NCBI GenBank assembly: GCA_963706595.1 | Contig: OY970166.1 | Coordinates: 3,520,001 to 3,584,000, forward strand | Source: an uncultured cyanobacterium | Lineage (GTDB): Bacteria > Cyanobacteriota > Cyanobacteriia > Cyanobacteriales > Nostocaceae | Direction: 5' to 3' | Length of the DNA stretch: 64,000 nucleotides | Shown: piece after piece, positions 42,663-52,943 of the stretch | How positions within the stretch are numbered: the first letter of the stretch is position 1 | Layout: every line of letters starts with the position of its first letter | The notes under the pieces: generated by a model | The model's input: only the letters and a program-made list of their open reading frames with translations | The model's database searches: none | Told to the model about the DNA's origin: nothing | Program-made: the position numbers and the translations under genes

Positions 42663-44012
42663 TTGACATCCTCACCGCCCTGAAAGTGCGGTGATTCCAA
42701 GAATCACTTCTTGAGCTTCCTCTTTCCGCGACCCGACTTACTAGGAGGGATTTCTCCACCCAAGCAGAGGTCGATGTCTCCAGAGGCGTTAGTTCCGACG
42801 TGACCCGCCGTACTTAATGCTTTTTCTAATATGTTCCGCGCCGCGTTCCAATCCCTGTCTTGGGTATGCCCACAATATGGACAAACATGAGTTCTAGTGC
42901 TGAGAGTCTTTTTGACAACCTCACCACAATTAGAACAATTCTGTGAAGTGTAGTGGGGGGGAACGGCAACTGTCACCACACCAAACACTTTGCCAAAATA
43001 CTCAACCCATTCACGGAACAGCGACCACGAAACGTCACTAATCGATTTAGCCAAGCGATGATTCTTGACCATATTCCGCACCTGCAAATCTTCATACGCC
43101 ACGAGGTCGTTAGACTTCACTACGCACCTTGCTGCCTTAACAGCAAAGTCTTTACGCTGGCGACTTACTTTGAGATGCTTCCGTGCAAGTCTATTTCTAA
43201 ACTTGACTCTATTTTTGGAGCCTTTTTTAGTCTTGGACATCCGGCGTTGCAACCGTTTCAAAGACTTCTCGCTTTTACGCAGATGACGCGGATTTGGAAC
43301 TGTTGCCCCGTTGCTATCGGTGTAGAAATGGTTCAAGCCAACATCAATCCCAATAGTTTTACCTGTTGGTTCTCGCCTTTCTACTCGCTCATGGTCAATG
43401 CAAAACTGGCAATAATAGCCATCGGCACGACGTACAACCCGCACTCTTTTAAACTGTTTAAGTTGGTAGAAATGCAGGTCACGAGTTCCCCAGAGTTTAA
43501 AGGTTCCTGCTTTGAAGCCATCAGAAAAAGTGATCTGCCTCCGGTCATCAGAAAGTCGCCACCCAGAGGTTTTGTACTCAACAGAACCATGTGTTTGTTC
43601 CTTCTTGAACCGTGGATATCCTTTTTTCCCTGGCTTGCCTTTTTTGCAATTATCAAAAAATCTAGCGATTGCAGACCACGCTCTTTCAGCACTAGCCTGT
43701 CTTGCCATCGAGTTCAATTTGGCTACCCAAGGGAACTCAGTATTAGCAGCAAGGATAGCACAGAACTTACTCAGGTCATATCGACCAATGCCCTTGTTAT
43801 CCATCCAGTATCTCAAGCAAGCATTGCGAACAAACCGCGCAGTTCTAATTGCTTCGTTCAGCGATTGATACTGTTCGTCTTGTCCCTCAAGTTTTGCCTC
43901 GAATACCAGCATGATGATTACGTCAGTTGCACCAACGTAATTTTATCATAATCATGAACAACAATCATAAAAAGCCGTCGTAGAACGACGGGGCTTTAGA
44001 CCCAACTCTTCG
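42663..44012 (-). mobile_element. IS200/IS605 family tnpB-only element (1350 bp)
   Basis: Inserted 3' of TTTAC, ends TCAA, subterminal hairpins at both ends, no TSD. Confidence 0.92.
42704..43912 (-). CDS. tnpB: RNA-guided endonuclease TnpB
   Basis: GIDVG / YEDL / DRDWNAA RuvC residues; zinc ribbon. Confidence 0.95.
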   Translation of the reverse strand: MLVFEAKLEGQDEQYQSLNEAIRTARFVRNACLRYWMDNKGIGRYDLSKFCAILAANTEFPWVAKLNSMARQASAERAWSAIARFFDNCKKGKPGKKGYPRFKKEQTHGSVEYKTSGWRLSDDRRQITFSDGFKAGTFKLWGTRDLHFYQLKQFKRVRVVRRADGYYCQFCIDHERVERREPTGKTIGIDVGLNHFYTDSNGATVPNPRHLRKSEKSLKRLQRRMSKTKKGSKNRVKFRNRLARKHLKVSRQRKDFAVKAARCVVKSNDLVAYEDLQVRNMVKNHRLAKSISDVSWSLFREWVEYFGKVFGVVTVAVPPHYTSQNCSNCGEVVKKTLSTRTHVCPYCGHTQDRDWNAARNILEKALSTAGHVGTNASGDIDLCLGGEIPPSKSGRGKRKLKK

Positions 44013-45069
44013 GTAAACATCATCTCCTCCCAGCAAATTTAAACGTTTTTGGTTAATTTGAACTACCTGCAAAGCTTTATCTAGAGTTTCGGTATTAGTT
44101 GCGAACATCAACACTTCTGCACCTTGCCCGGTGGCTTGTTCTAGACTTTTCGCTGCACTAAAATTGCCCTGTGACAAATCAAATTCGCTTAATACCTGGC
44201 CGCCTTCCAACGCTACAGATGAAACAAACTCAGTTTTCAAAGACTGACTGTAATTACTTTGGGAATTAAAGAAAACTGCTGCCTGGGTTTTCTGCAAGTT
44301 TTTGACCATATAATTAGCCAAGCTTCTCGCCGCCATAAAATCACTAGGAACTGTGCGGAAAACGTAGGGGCTAAAATTAGTAATTTTGACAGAAGTGCTA
44401 GTAGGAGAAATGGCTACCAATTTTCCAGTATTGTAAATACTGCCTGCTGCTAAAGTCGTATCACTGGCATTAGGTCCCACTACGCCTAAAATATCCGAAT
44501 TTTTGACTAAGTTAGCCGCGATTTGTTGAGAGATTTCGGGATTGTCATCATCATTTGCTATCCCTACCTTTAAAGGCACTCCCTTAATTCCTCCAGAGGT
44601 ATTAATGGCATTTTGGGCTTGGGCGATACCACGTAAAATTTCTAGGGAAGAGTTGGGAGCAGTACCTAACGGTATAGATGCCACAATACTATAACTTTTA
44701 GCAGAAGCAATGCGGGCATTATTCAGATATATCAGTGCCTGGGGGTCATTACGCTGGATTTTTAAAGATTTTTCTAAACTAGCGATCGCCTGAGCATAAT
44801 TTTGATTAGCTAAGGCTTGCACACCCTCTTTTTTAGCAGCAGTAGCTTCACCAGAAGTTAAAATTTTTTCTCCAAAACTAATGCGATCGGCAATGGATTG
44901 ATTATCAGGTGTTGATAAATTATTAGCAGATTGGTTTTGGGGGAATATGCGGTCTTTAAATAACCATATACCACCACCCACTAATCCTAATGTAACGACC
45001 AGGGACAACAAAAGTACTGTAGTTTCGTTCTTGTGGGACATATAATATTTTTAAGTTGTTAATTTATAA

Positions 45070-46491
45070 TTAAAGTACCAAAGATATTAATTTATAAATC
45101 AGGCGAAATACAGCTGTAATTGAAATAGCTACCAACCCAGCAGCAATTACTAACAGTGCTATTTCTTGAATTTGCATCCCCCCACGTAAAAAGGGAACAA
45201 AAAAAATAATTGCGAAAGTAATTCCGGGAATGATTAATAAATCAAACTTTTCTATCCACCGCCTGGTTTGGGCAAAAATCAGGATTCCTAAAATTACAGC
45301 AGAGATTACCAAAGTAATTATAGATGATGGAAATATACTATAAAGAGCGATCGCTATTAATCCGCCCTCAAAGCCACTAAAGGCTGCGCCACCCAATAGT
45401 TCCCAAGTTGAAAAAGCTGGTTGAGATTGTACTCGCTGAAGTTTTGCTTTTGGCTGTGGTTGTGGCTGTGGTTGTGGTTGTGGCTGTGGTTGTGGCTGTG
45501 GTTGTGGTTGTGATGATGGTAATACCGTTGGGGGGATTAATTGCTGCGCCAGGGCTACAAGAACGTCATCAGCCGACTGAAAGCGTTGATTAGCCGCAGC
45601 GAGGAGCATTTTGTCTAAAACATCAGCCAAGTGAGAACTGACATTTACTTGATTGCGCCATTTCCACTGATTAGTGTAAGCATCAAACAGCTGAGTTGCT
45701 TCCTGTCCTGTCAGCAAATTCAGACTAGTTACAGCCAAAGCGTATAAGTCTGTAGATGGAAAGACTTGATTTCCATACATTTGTTCAGGCGGGGCAAATC
45801 CCATCGAATAAATGCCGGTAGAAGTTGCATTTTCAGTTAAAGAAGCCGTTGTCACTTGTTTAACTGCACCAAAATCTAGCAAAAAGAGTTTTCCATCACG
45901 ACGACGCATGATATTGGAAGGCTTAATATCTCTGTGAATAATATTTTGATTATGGACAAACTGTAAAACCTTAAGAATTTCTTGCAGTACCTCCAAAATT
46001 TGCGGTTCAGAGAACTTACCATTTTGAATTAGTTCTTCCTCCAGGTTTTGCCCATCAATATATTCTTGTACCAAGTAAAAAAACTGGTCTTCCCTTCCTG
46101 GTTGTAAGCTATTAACTGTGACGGGAAAGAAGGCAAATAAATCAGGTATTTGCTCGTGTTCGCTACCTATGTGGGCTAAAACTTCGGCTTCTCTCTCAAA
46201 TAATTTTTGTGCTTTTTCCAGTTGAGTTGGGGACAAACTTCCCGCCGGTTGGAACTGCTTAACTACACATTGACGCATTCCAGGTATGCGGCGATCGCGT
46301 GCTAAAAAAGCTGTCCCAAACCCCCCTCTTCCTAGCAACTTTATTGGCACGTATCGACCATCTAGCAACAGTGGCATTCCACAAGTAGTGCAGTATTTTT
46401 GCTGCGTTGTTTTCAGCGTTGTTATGTCATCTAAATCCGCAAAATAGTTTTGTGGACGTGGGCAACTAGGACGAGTACAGTAAACTTTCAT
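45070..46491 (-). CDS. Membrane Ser/Thr protein kinase with N-terminal 4-Cys motif and (QP)n linker
   Basis: LGRGGFG, HRDIKPSN, DFG; C-terminal TM helices. Confidence 0.93.
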   Translation of the reverse strand: MKVYCTRPSCPRPQNYFADLDDITTLKTTQQKYCTTCGMPLLLDGRYVPIKLLGRGGFGTAFLARDRRIPGMRQCVVKQFQPAGSLSPTQLEKAQKLFEREAEVLAHIGSEHEQIPDLFAFFPVTVNSLQPGREDQFFYLVQEYIDGQNLEEELIQNGKFSEPQILEVLQEILKVLQFVHNQNIIHRDIKPSNIMRRRDGKLFLLDFGAVKQVTTASLTENATSTGIYSMGFAPPEQMYGNQVFPSTDLYALAVTSLNLLTGQEATQLFDAYTNQWKWRNQVNVSSHLADVLDKMLLAAANQRFQSADDVLVALAQQLIPPTVLPSSQPQPQPQPQPQPQPQPQPQPKAKLQRVQSQPAFSTWELLGGAAFSGFEGGLIAIALYSIFPSSIITLVISAVILGILIFAQTRRWIEKFDLLIIPGITFAIIFFVPFLRGGMQIQEIALLVIAAGLVAISITAVFRLIYKLISLVL

Positions 46492-46725
46492 TTTAGTTAT
46501 TAGTCAGAACAATTCGTAATTGATAATTCGTAATTCGTAAATGTTCTGCTATCAATTAATCAATATATTCGATACCAGGAATATACTTTATGTTTCTCAC
46601 TAATAAATTAAGGAACTTGCATCTTGAACTTATTAGTGACGAATTACGAACTACGAATTAGTAATTATTTATTCATTAGTCATTTGCAAAAAAAAGACTA
46701 ATGACAACAGACTAATGACTAGATG

Positions 46726-47739
46726 TTAGCCTGCGTCAGCAGAGTTAGTGGTGGCTGCATCCAGTGTATTTACCACTATTTTTGGTTGTGATAATTTTAA
46801 CATATCTTGTTTCCATTCTGGGGTGGCAAACTGAGGCAGAATTTCTTGACTAAAGGCTTCTGCCGCCTTGGAACGATAGCGATTAGGATTAAAAATCATC
46901 CACAGCGTTCGCTTGACGACCACACCTTCAATGGGAGTACATCGTAGTACACCCATTTGCAATTCTTTAACGATGGCTGAGGTAGAGACAAAAGCAGCAC
47001 CTAAGCCTGACTGCACGGCATTTTTGATGGCTTCTATGGAATTGAGTTCCATTTCAAATTTAAACCGCCTGGTGTCAATATCAGAGCGTGCTAGTACCTG
47101 ATCTATCACCTTGCGAATAGTTGATTGAGAATCCAAAGCAATGAATTGCAGCTTATATAGGTCTTCTTTTTGAATTTTGTCGAGTTTGGCAAAGGGATGG
47201 AATACGGGTAGAATCAGGGCTAATTCATCCTCAGCGTAGGGCATAATTTCCAAAGATTCTGCCAATTCTGCGGGAATTTCACCGCCGATAATCGCCAGAT
47301 CAACTTGTCCATTAGCGACACTCCAAGCGGTGCGCCGGGTAGAGTGGACGTGTAACTGCACAGCTACATCTGGATATTTTTGCCGGAACATACCGATCAT
47401 TTGAGGTAACAGATAAGTGCCAGTGGTTTGAGAAGCACCGACAATTAAAGTACCACCTTGGAGATTTTGTAAATCTTCCACAGCGCGGCAGGTTTCCTGA
47501 CACAGACTGAGGATTTTTTCACCGTAGCTTAAGAGTAAATGCCCAGCTTCGGTTAATTGTGCGCGACGACCTCCACGGTCAAATAAAGGCACATCCAGCT
47601 GTCGTTCTAAGTTTTGCACTTGCAAACTGACCGCAGGTTGGGAGACATAAAGACTATCAGCAGCGCGCTTGAAGCTTCCTTCTGCGGCGATCGCTTTCAG
47701 GATACGTAACTGATCTAAAGTGAAAGGAAGGTCAGACAT
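46726..47739 (-). CDS. rbcR: LysR family regulator RbcR/Ycf30
   Basis: [35 protein letters not shown]. Confidence 0.85.
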   Translation of the reverse strand: MSDLPFTLDQLRILKAIAAEGSFKRAADSLYVSQPAVSLQVQNLERQLDVPLFDRGGRRAQLTEAGHLLLSYGEKILSLCQETCRAVEDLQNLQGGTLIVGASQTTGTYLLPQMIGMFRQKYPDVAVQLHVHSTRRTAWSVANGQVDLAIIGGEIPAELAESLEIMPYAEDELALILPVFHPFAKLDKIQKEDLYKLQFIALDSQSTIRKVIDQVLARSDIDTRRFKFEMELNSIEAIKNAVQSGLGAAFVSTSAIVKELQMGVLRCTPIEGVVVKRTLWMIFNPNRYRSKAAEAFSQEILPQFATPEWKQDMLKLSQPKIVVNTLDAATTNSADAG

Positions 47740-48154
47740 AAGGCTCAACCCACAAATTTTGAAAGGAGCAGCTTTGGCAACAAATCAATCCGCTACACGG
47801 AGTCATTAGTCCTTAGTCCTTAGTCCTTAGTTAATCACACCCACGATAGCTTGCGTGGCGTAGCCAGGGATATGCTTTAACGAACGAAGTCCTGAGTCAT
47901 TAGTTTTTATCCCACAATAGCTCGCTGGCGTAGCTATGGGGTATGTATACCCAAATAACTAATGACTAGTGACTAATGATTAATGACTACATAATTAAGT
48001 TTGTGAGTTTGCTACGGAGCTTGATTTGTTGCATTTTCAACTTGGAGGCTTTACTCGAAAAAGACAGTACCACAACATCTTGACTAAAGTCTCCGGTGGA
48101 ATACTTTGTGGTATTGGTTGTACTGAGTTAAATTTTTGTTAAATTACTTCACCT

Positions 48155-48877
48155 ATGTATACGATGCTAAATTCTTGGCTTACACCCAGTCATTTTGTCA
48201 TGTTGGGGTTGCAATTAGCTTTCGCGATCGCTCACAGTGGGGGAGCCGCCCTCCGTCCTTGGGCAGAAAAACACATCGGACCAAGGCTTTATCGCATTTG
48301 CTTTGCATTAGTTAGTTTACCGTTAGCTGTAATCTTAATTATTTACTTTTTCAATCATCGCTATGATGGCTTGCAGCTTTGGTTCGTGCAGGCCGTACCG
48401 GGAGTCAGGGAAGTAGTTTGGGTATTATCAGCGATTTCTTTTTTATTTTTGTATCCTGCTACCTTCAATTTACTAGAAATTGCCGCCATTCAAAAGCCCC
48501 AAGTCTACCTGTTCGAGACCGGAATTATTCGTATTACCCGCCATCCTCAGATGGTAGGACAAATAATTTGGTGTTTTGCCCATACCCTTTGGTTAGGAAC
48601 TAGCTTTACCTTGGTTACTTCCATTGGGTTGATTTTGCATCACTTGTTTGGAGTTTGGCATGGCGATCGCCGCCTTCGGTCCCGCTATGGTGAATCCTTT
48701 GAAATTGTTAAACAAAGGACATCAATTATTCCTTTCCAGGCCATTATTGATGGTCGTCAATCTATCAAATGGCAGGAATTTCTCCGTCCTGCCTATTTAG
48801 GAGTAGGAATTTTTATTGGTCTGCTTTTCTGGGCGCACCCCCTGTTAATTGTCGCGACTAGTAGGATACAATGGTAG
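48155..48877 (+). CDS. NnrU family protein (zeta-carotene isomerase Z-ISO-like)
   Basis: AHSGGAALR, GIIRITRHPQ, HGDRRL, RTSIIPF. Confidence 0.85.
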   Translation: MYTMLNSWLTPSHFVMLGLQLAFAIAHSGGAALRPWAEKHIGPRLYRICFALVSLPLAVILIIYFFNHRYDGLQLWFVQAVPGVREVVWVLSAISFLFLYPATFNLLEIAAIQKPQVYLFETGIIRITRHPQMVGQIIWCFAHTLWLGTSFTLVTSIGLILHHLFGVWHGDRRLRSRYGESFEIVKQRTSIIPFQAIIDGRQSIKWQEFLRPAYLGVGIFIGLLFWAHPLLIVATSRIQW

Positions 48878-49275
48878 TTTGAGATGATCCCCACTATCAA
48901 AAGAAAATATAAGTTAGGGGAGATTTACCCTATTCAAGTGCTACCAAATCAATGTAGGATAAATTCAAATAAGCTGTCAGTGGGGGTGCGCTCAGTCAGT
49001 TTGAGATTTTATAGTAGTTTGTTGCTAGTCTAATGCCTTTTCTGGGGAGCCGATGGTACAGCAGTCTAATTTCGTGACTCGCAACAATTAGGAGTTGAAA
49101 AGCCAAAATAGCCTCCGTAGCAGTCACGCAGGTTTTTTTGTCACAGTGAAAATCAACACTGGAATAGTTGCATAATTTTGGTTTCCCTAAAGCTGATGTG
49201 AGGAAATGACTGGCGGGCTAATTCCTGCTACTGATAGCTAATTTAATATCAAAACCTTATAAATCTAGAGGCGTC

Positions 49276-49662
49276 ATGGTGTTGTCGGTTAGTGAGCGGA
49301 CATTTACTCAAGAAGTTTTACAATCTCCAATTCCTGTTTTAGTTAATTTTGAAGCACCCTGGTGTGGCTTGTGTCGCATTATTCATCCTCTATTGTTGCA
49401 ATTTAATGCTCAATGTGGAGATCAAATTAAGTTAGTAGGGGTTAACGCTGATGATAATTTTAAACTGGCTAACACTTATCGACTAAGGTCATTACCAACT
49501 TTACTGTTGGTGGAAAATGGCATGATTCGGCAGCGCCTAGAAGGTTTCCGTGGTAAAGAAGATTTACGTCTGGCTTTGGAAGAAATAAAACTCACTTACA
49601 ACAACCGTTCTAAAACATACCATAATCTCACAACAGCAGACTTGGAATATCGTTCAGCATAA
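49276..49662 (+). CDS. trxC: Atypical thioredoxin (WCGLC)
   Basis: APWCGLC active site. Confidence 0.8.
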   Translation: MVLSVSERTFTQEVLQSPIPVLVNFEAPWCGLCRIIHPLLLQFNAQCGDQIKLVGVNADDNFKLANTYRLRSLPTLLLVENGMIRQRLEGFRGKEDLRLALEEIKLTYNNRSKTYHNLTTADLEYRSA

Positions 49663-49864
49663 ATCTGGATGTCAGGAGTAGTTACTGGTTATAAATAGCA
49701 CCATTCACAGTGCTGATTCCCTAGTACCCAGTTCGACAAATATAAAACCATGCTTAATTACCCCACCCAAAGCTTATTGGGTGGGGTATTTTATCCTCAA
49801 GGGTGTGTGTCACAATTATTAACAGTTCAGCCTTAGTCAAGAGTTCTAAAAGTAAGCGTCAGTG

Positions 49865-51952
49865 ATGGAAGTAATCTATGAATATGCCTGGCTAATTCCA
49901 GTATTTCCGCTTTTAGGAGCAATGCTGGTTGGTCTAGGATTAATTTCTTTAAATCAGGTGACAAACCGCCTGCGACAACTTAACGCTGTATTGATCATCT
50001 CCCTGATGGGAGCAGCAATGAGTTTCTCGTTGGCCTTGCTGTGGAGTCAAATTCAAGGACACGCTCCTTACCTCTACACCCTCGAATGGGCAGCAGCAGG
50101 CAATTTTCACCTGAGCATGGGCTACACTATCGACCACTTAACAGCCGTGATGCTGGTGATTGTCACCACGGTAGCGTTATTAGTCATGGTCTACACCGAT
50201 GGCTATATGGCTCATGACCCAGGATACGTCAGGTTTTACGCCTATCTCAGCTTATTTGGTTCCTCGATGTTGGGTCTAGTCATTAGCCCCAACTTGGTAC
50301 AGATTTACATCTTCTGGGAACTAGTGGGGATGTGTTCCTACTTGCTGGTCGGCTTTTGGTACGATCGCAAGGCCGCAGCCGATGCTTGTCAAAAGGCATT
50401 TGTCACTAACCGCGTGGGTGACTTTGGTCTGCTATTGGGCATCCTGGGACTGTTCTGGGCGACAGGAAGCTTTGATTTTGGTGTGATGGGCGATCGCCTA
50501 GCGCAACTCGTAGAAACAGGTTCTATCAGCAATTTCCTCGCCATTCTGTTGGCGATTTTGGTGTTCTTAGGGCCAGTGGCGAAATCCGCCCAATTTCCTC
50601 TCCACGTCTGGCTACCAGATGCAATGGAAGGTCCCACACCCATTTCGGCCCTGATTCACGCCGCCACAATGGTAGCAGCCGGTGTCTTCCTGATTGCCCG
50701 GATGTACCCCGTATTTGAACACGTCCCAGTCGCCATGAACGTCATTGCCTTTACCGGGGCATTTACGGCGTTTTTGGGGGCTAGCATTGCCATGACCCAA
50801 AATGACATTAAAAAGGGTCTAGCTTACTCCACCATCTCCCAATTAGGCTACATGGTGATGGCGATGGGATTAGGCTCATACAGTGCGGGATTATTCCACC
50901 TGATGACTCACGCCTACTTTAAAGCGATGTTGTTCTTAGGTTCTGGTTCCGTGATTCACGGTATGGAAGGCGTTGTCGGTCATGATGCCGTTTTAGCGCA
51001 GGATATGCGCTTAATGGGAGGAATGCGAAAGTATATGCCAGTCACCGGCATTACCTTCTTGATTGGTTGCTTGGCAATTTCCGGAGTTCCACCTTTTGCA
51101 GGTTTTTGGTCAAAAGATGAAATTCTCGGTAAGGCTTTTGAAGCCAGCCCACTTCTCTGGTTGATTGGCTGGTTAACTGCCGGGATTACCGCTTTCTATA
51201 TGTTTAGAATGTACTTCATGACATTTGAAGGCAAATTCCGGGGAACGGACGAGAAAATCAAGGCTAAACTCAAAAAAGCCGCCACTCCAGTGATTGTGGA
51301 ATTAGATTCAGCCGCACTAGCACCTAATTTTGGTCCTGGGGCGATGAAAAAAGGAGAATTGGCAGCAAATGCTCATGATTCCCACGGACATCACAGCGAC
51401 ACTCCCCATGAATCGCCGTGGACGATGACTTTGCCTTTGGCGCTGTTGGCTATACCTTCAATGTTGATTGGTTTGGTGGGGACACCTTACGCCAATTACT
51501 TTGAGGAGTTTATTTTTCCGCCTAGCGAAACCCTCGCTGAAGTTATGGAAAAAGCTGCTGAGTTCAACCCGACGGAATTTTACGTCATGGCGGGGGCTTC
51601 AGTGGGTATTTCCTTGATTGGCATTACCTTGGCTTCGCTGATGTACCTGCGGGGCAAAATTGACCCAGCTGCGATCGCATCTCAAATCAAACCACTTTAC
51701 GATCTATCCCTCAACAAGTGGTACTTTGATGACATTTACCATCGTGTCTTTGTTTTAGGCTTACGTCGCCTAGCTAGACAAGTGATGGAAGTTGACTTCC
51801 GCGTAGTAGATGGTGCTGTTAACCTCACAGGCTTTTTCACCCTCGTCAGTGGTGAAGGTCTGAAGTACCTAGAAAATGGTCGCGCTCAATTCTATGCCTT
51901 GATTATCTTTGGGGCGGTTTTGGGTTTAGTGATTGTCTTCGGTGTAACCTAG
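49865..51952 (+). CDS. ndhF: NDH-1 subunit 5 (NdhF1)
   Basis: KSAQFPLHVWLPDAMEGPTPISALIHAATMV. Confidence 0.97.
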   Translation: MEVIYEYAWLIPVFPLLGAMLVGLGLISLNQVTNRLRQLNAVLIISLMGAAMSFSLALLWSQIQGHAPYLYTLEWAAAGNFHLSMGYTIDHLTAVMLVIVTTVALLVMVYTDGYMAHDPGYVRFYAYLSLFGSSMLGLVISPNLVQIYIFWELVGMCSYLLVGFWYDRKAAADACQKAFVTNRVGDFGLLLGILGLFWATGSFDFGVMGDRLAQLVETGSISNFLAILLAILVFLGPVAKSAQFPLHVWLPDAMEGPTPISALIHAATMVAAGVFLIARMYPVFEHVPVAMNVIAFTGAFTAFLGASIAMTQNDIKKGLAYSTISQLGYMVMAMGLGSYSAGLFHLMTHAYFKAMLFLGSGSVIHGMEGVVGHDAVLAQDMRLMGGMRKYMPVTGITFLIGCLAISGVPPFAGFWSKDEILGKAFEASPLLWLIGWLTAGITAFYMFRMYFMTFEGKFRGTDEKIKAKLKKAATPVIVELDSAALAPNFGPGAMKKGELAANAHDSHGHHSDTPHESPWTMTLPLALLAIPSMLIGLVGTPYANYFEEFIFPPSETLAEVMEKAAEFNPTEFYVMAGASVGISLIGITLASLMYLRGKIDPAAIASQIKPLYDLSLNKWYFDDIYHRVFVLGLRRLARQVMEVDFRVVDGAVNLTGFFTLVSGEGLKYLENGRAQFYALIIFGAVLGLVIVFGVT

Positions 51953-52161
51953 TTTTATCAGGGGTGGGCGGTTGTCCGCCCCGACATTATTTTTTATTTC
52001 ACGCTCCAGGCGCAGAGTCGCAGAGAGTTGCGTTGGAAAAGATGACAAGATTTTTTAATCCCAGGTTGGTTTTTAGCTTGCGTCCCGCAGAGTACAAAAT
52101 GAAACCCAACATTCTAAAATTATTCATAAGTTGTTAAGATTTTAATGAAACAGGTAATTCT

Positions 52162-52441
52162 ATGGAATTGAGGTTTGAATGGCATGAAAAAAAAGCCCAA
52201 GAAAACTTCAGAAAACATGGAATTAGTTTTGAAGAAGCAAAAACAGTATTCAATGACCCCTTCTCGATCACGATAGCTGATTCTAAACACTCGGATCATG
52301 AAGAACGCTATTATTGATATTGGTCTTTCTAGTAGAGATAATTTAGTAGTTGTAGTTTACACAGAACGTCAATCAAATATTCGCATTATTAGTTGCCGTA
52401 AAGCTACAAACGCAGAAAAGAAAATCTATGAACAATATTAA
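52162..52441 (+). CDS. BrnT family toxin, apparent +1 frameshift at about 52312; not in ORF track
   Basis: MELRFEWHEKKAQENFRKHGISFEEAKTVFNDP..EERY/IDIG..VVVYTER..IRIISCRKA. Confidence 0.8.
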
Positions 52442-52724
52442 CGCTGAACAGTCAGATAGCGAAGATAATGAAATGCTCCCAGAATACGATTTTACCGGTG
52501 GTTTACGTGGGAAACATTACCAAGCTTATCGGCATGGACATACTGTGACTGTTCATCAAGAGGATGGGAGAGAAATTGTCCAACATTTCACCCTTGAAGA
52601 TGGGGCGATCATGCTTGATCCTGATGTGCGAGAATATTTTCCTGATGCAGAAACCGTCAACCAAGCTTTACGCACATTAATTAGTCTATTTCCGAAAACT
52701 CAACAATCAATAACACCTCAATAA
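52428..52724 (+). CDS. BrnA-like antitoxin
   Basis: MLPEYDF..G.RGK, LDPDVREYFPD...VNQALR; overlaps toxin stop. Confidence 0.75.
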   Translation: MNNINAEQSDSEDNEMLPEYDFTGGLRGKHYQAYRHGHTVTVHQEDGREIVQHFTLEDGAIMLDPDVREYFPDAETVNQALRTLISLFPKTQQSITPQ

Positions 52725-52836
52725 TAATCTGAAAATATCGCGTTTTCTAATCATGTAAGGTATATCACAGCCCCCTCCTCCCTTGCGCTACCGTGTACAC
52801 ACAAGTGATTGAATCACCCCACATCCTTTAAAAGTA

Positions 52837-52941
52837 GTGGACTGACAAGCTTAAAATAGTGCATTAGATAAAAGCAGAAAACATTGATTTATCTCAATTT
52901 TCTCAAAAATCTATTGCAACATTTTAGCCTTGCCACGCCAG
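52837..52941. mobile_element. IS630-derived MITE (unit 0, 105 bp)
   Basis: Same termini as the adjacent IS630; TA-flanked. Confidence 0.85.
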
Positions 52942-52943
52942 TA

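Larger units (their letters stand above)
42297..45041 (-). pseudogene. ABC transporter substrate-binding protein (branched-chain amino-acid type) interrupted by an IS
   Basis: Joining 45041-44013 to 42662-42297 restores a 464-aa frame (..GGDDVY|TVKTLEVGG..). Confidence 0.9.

Noticed and set aside
42953..43951. 332-aa ORF antisense to tnpB
   Set aside because: Shadow ORF with no recognisable motifs, wholly overlapping a bona fide gene.
42663..44012. Possible IStron (self-splicing IS) rescuing the host gene
   Set aside because: Only about 100 bp lie between the left end and tnpB, too short for a group I intron core.
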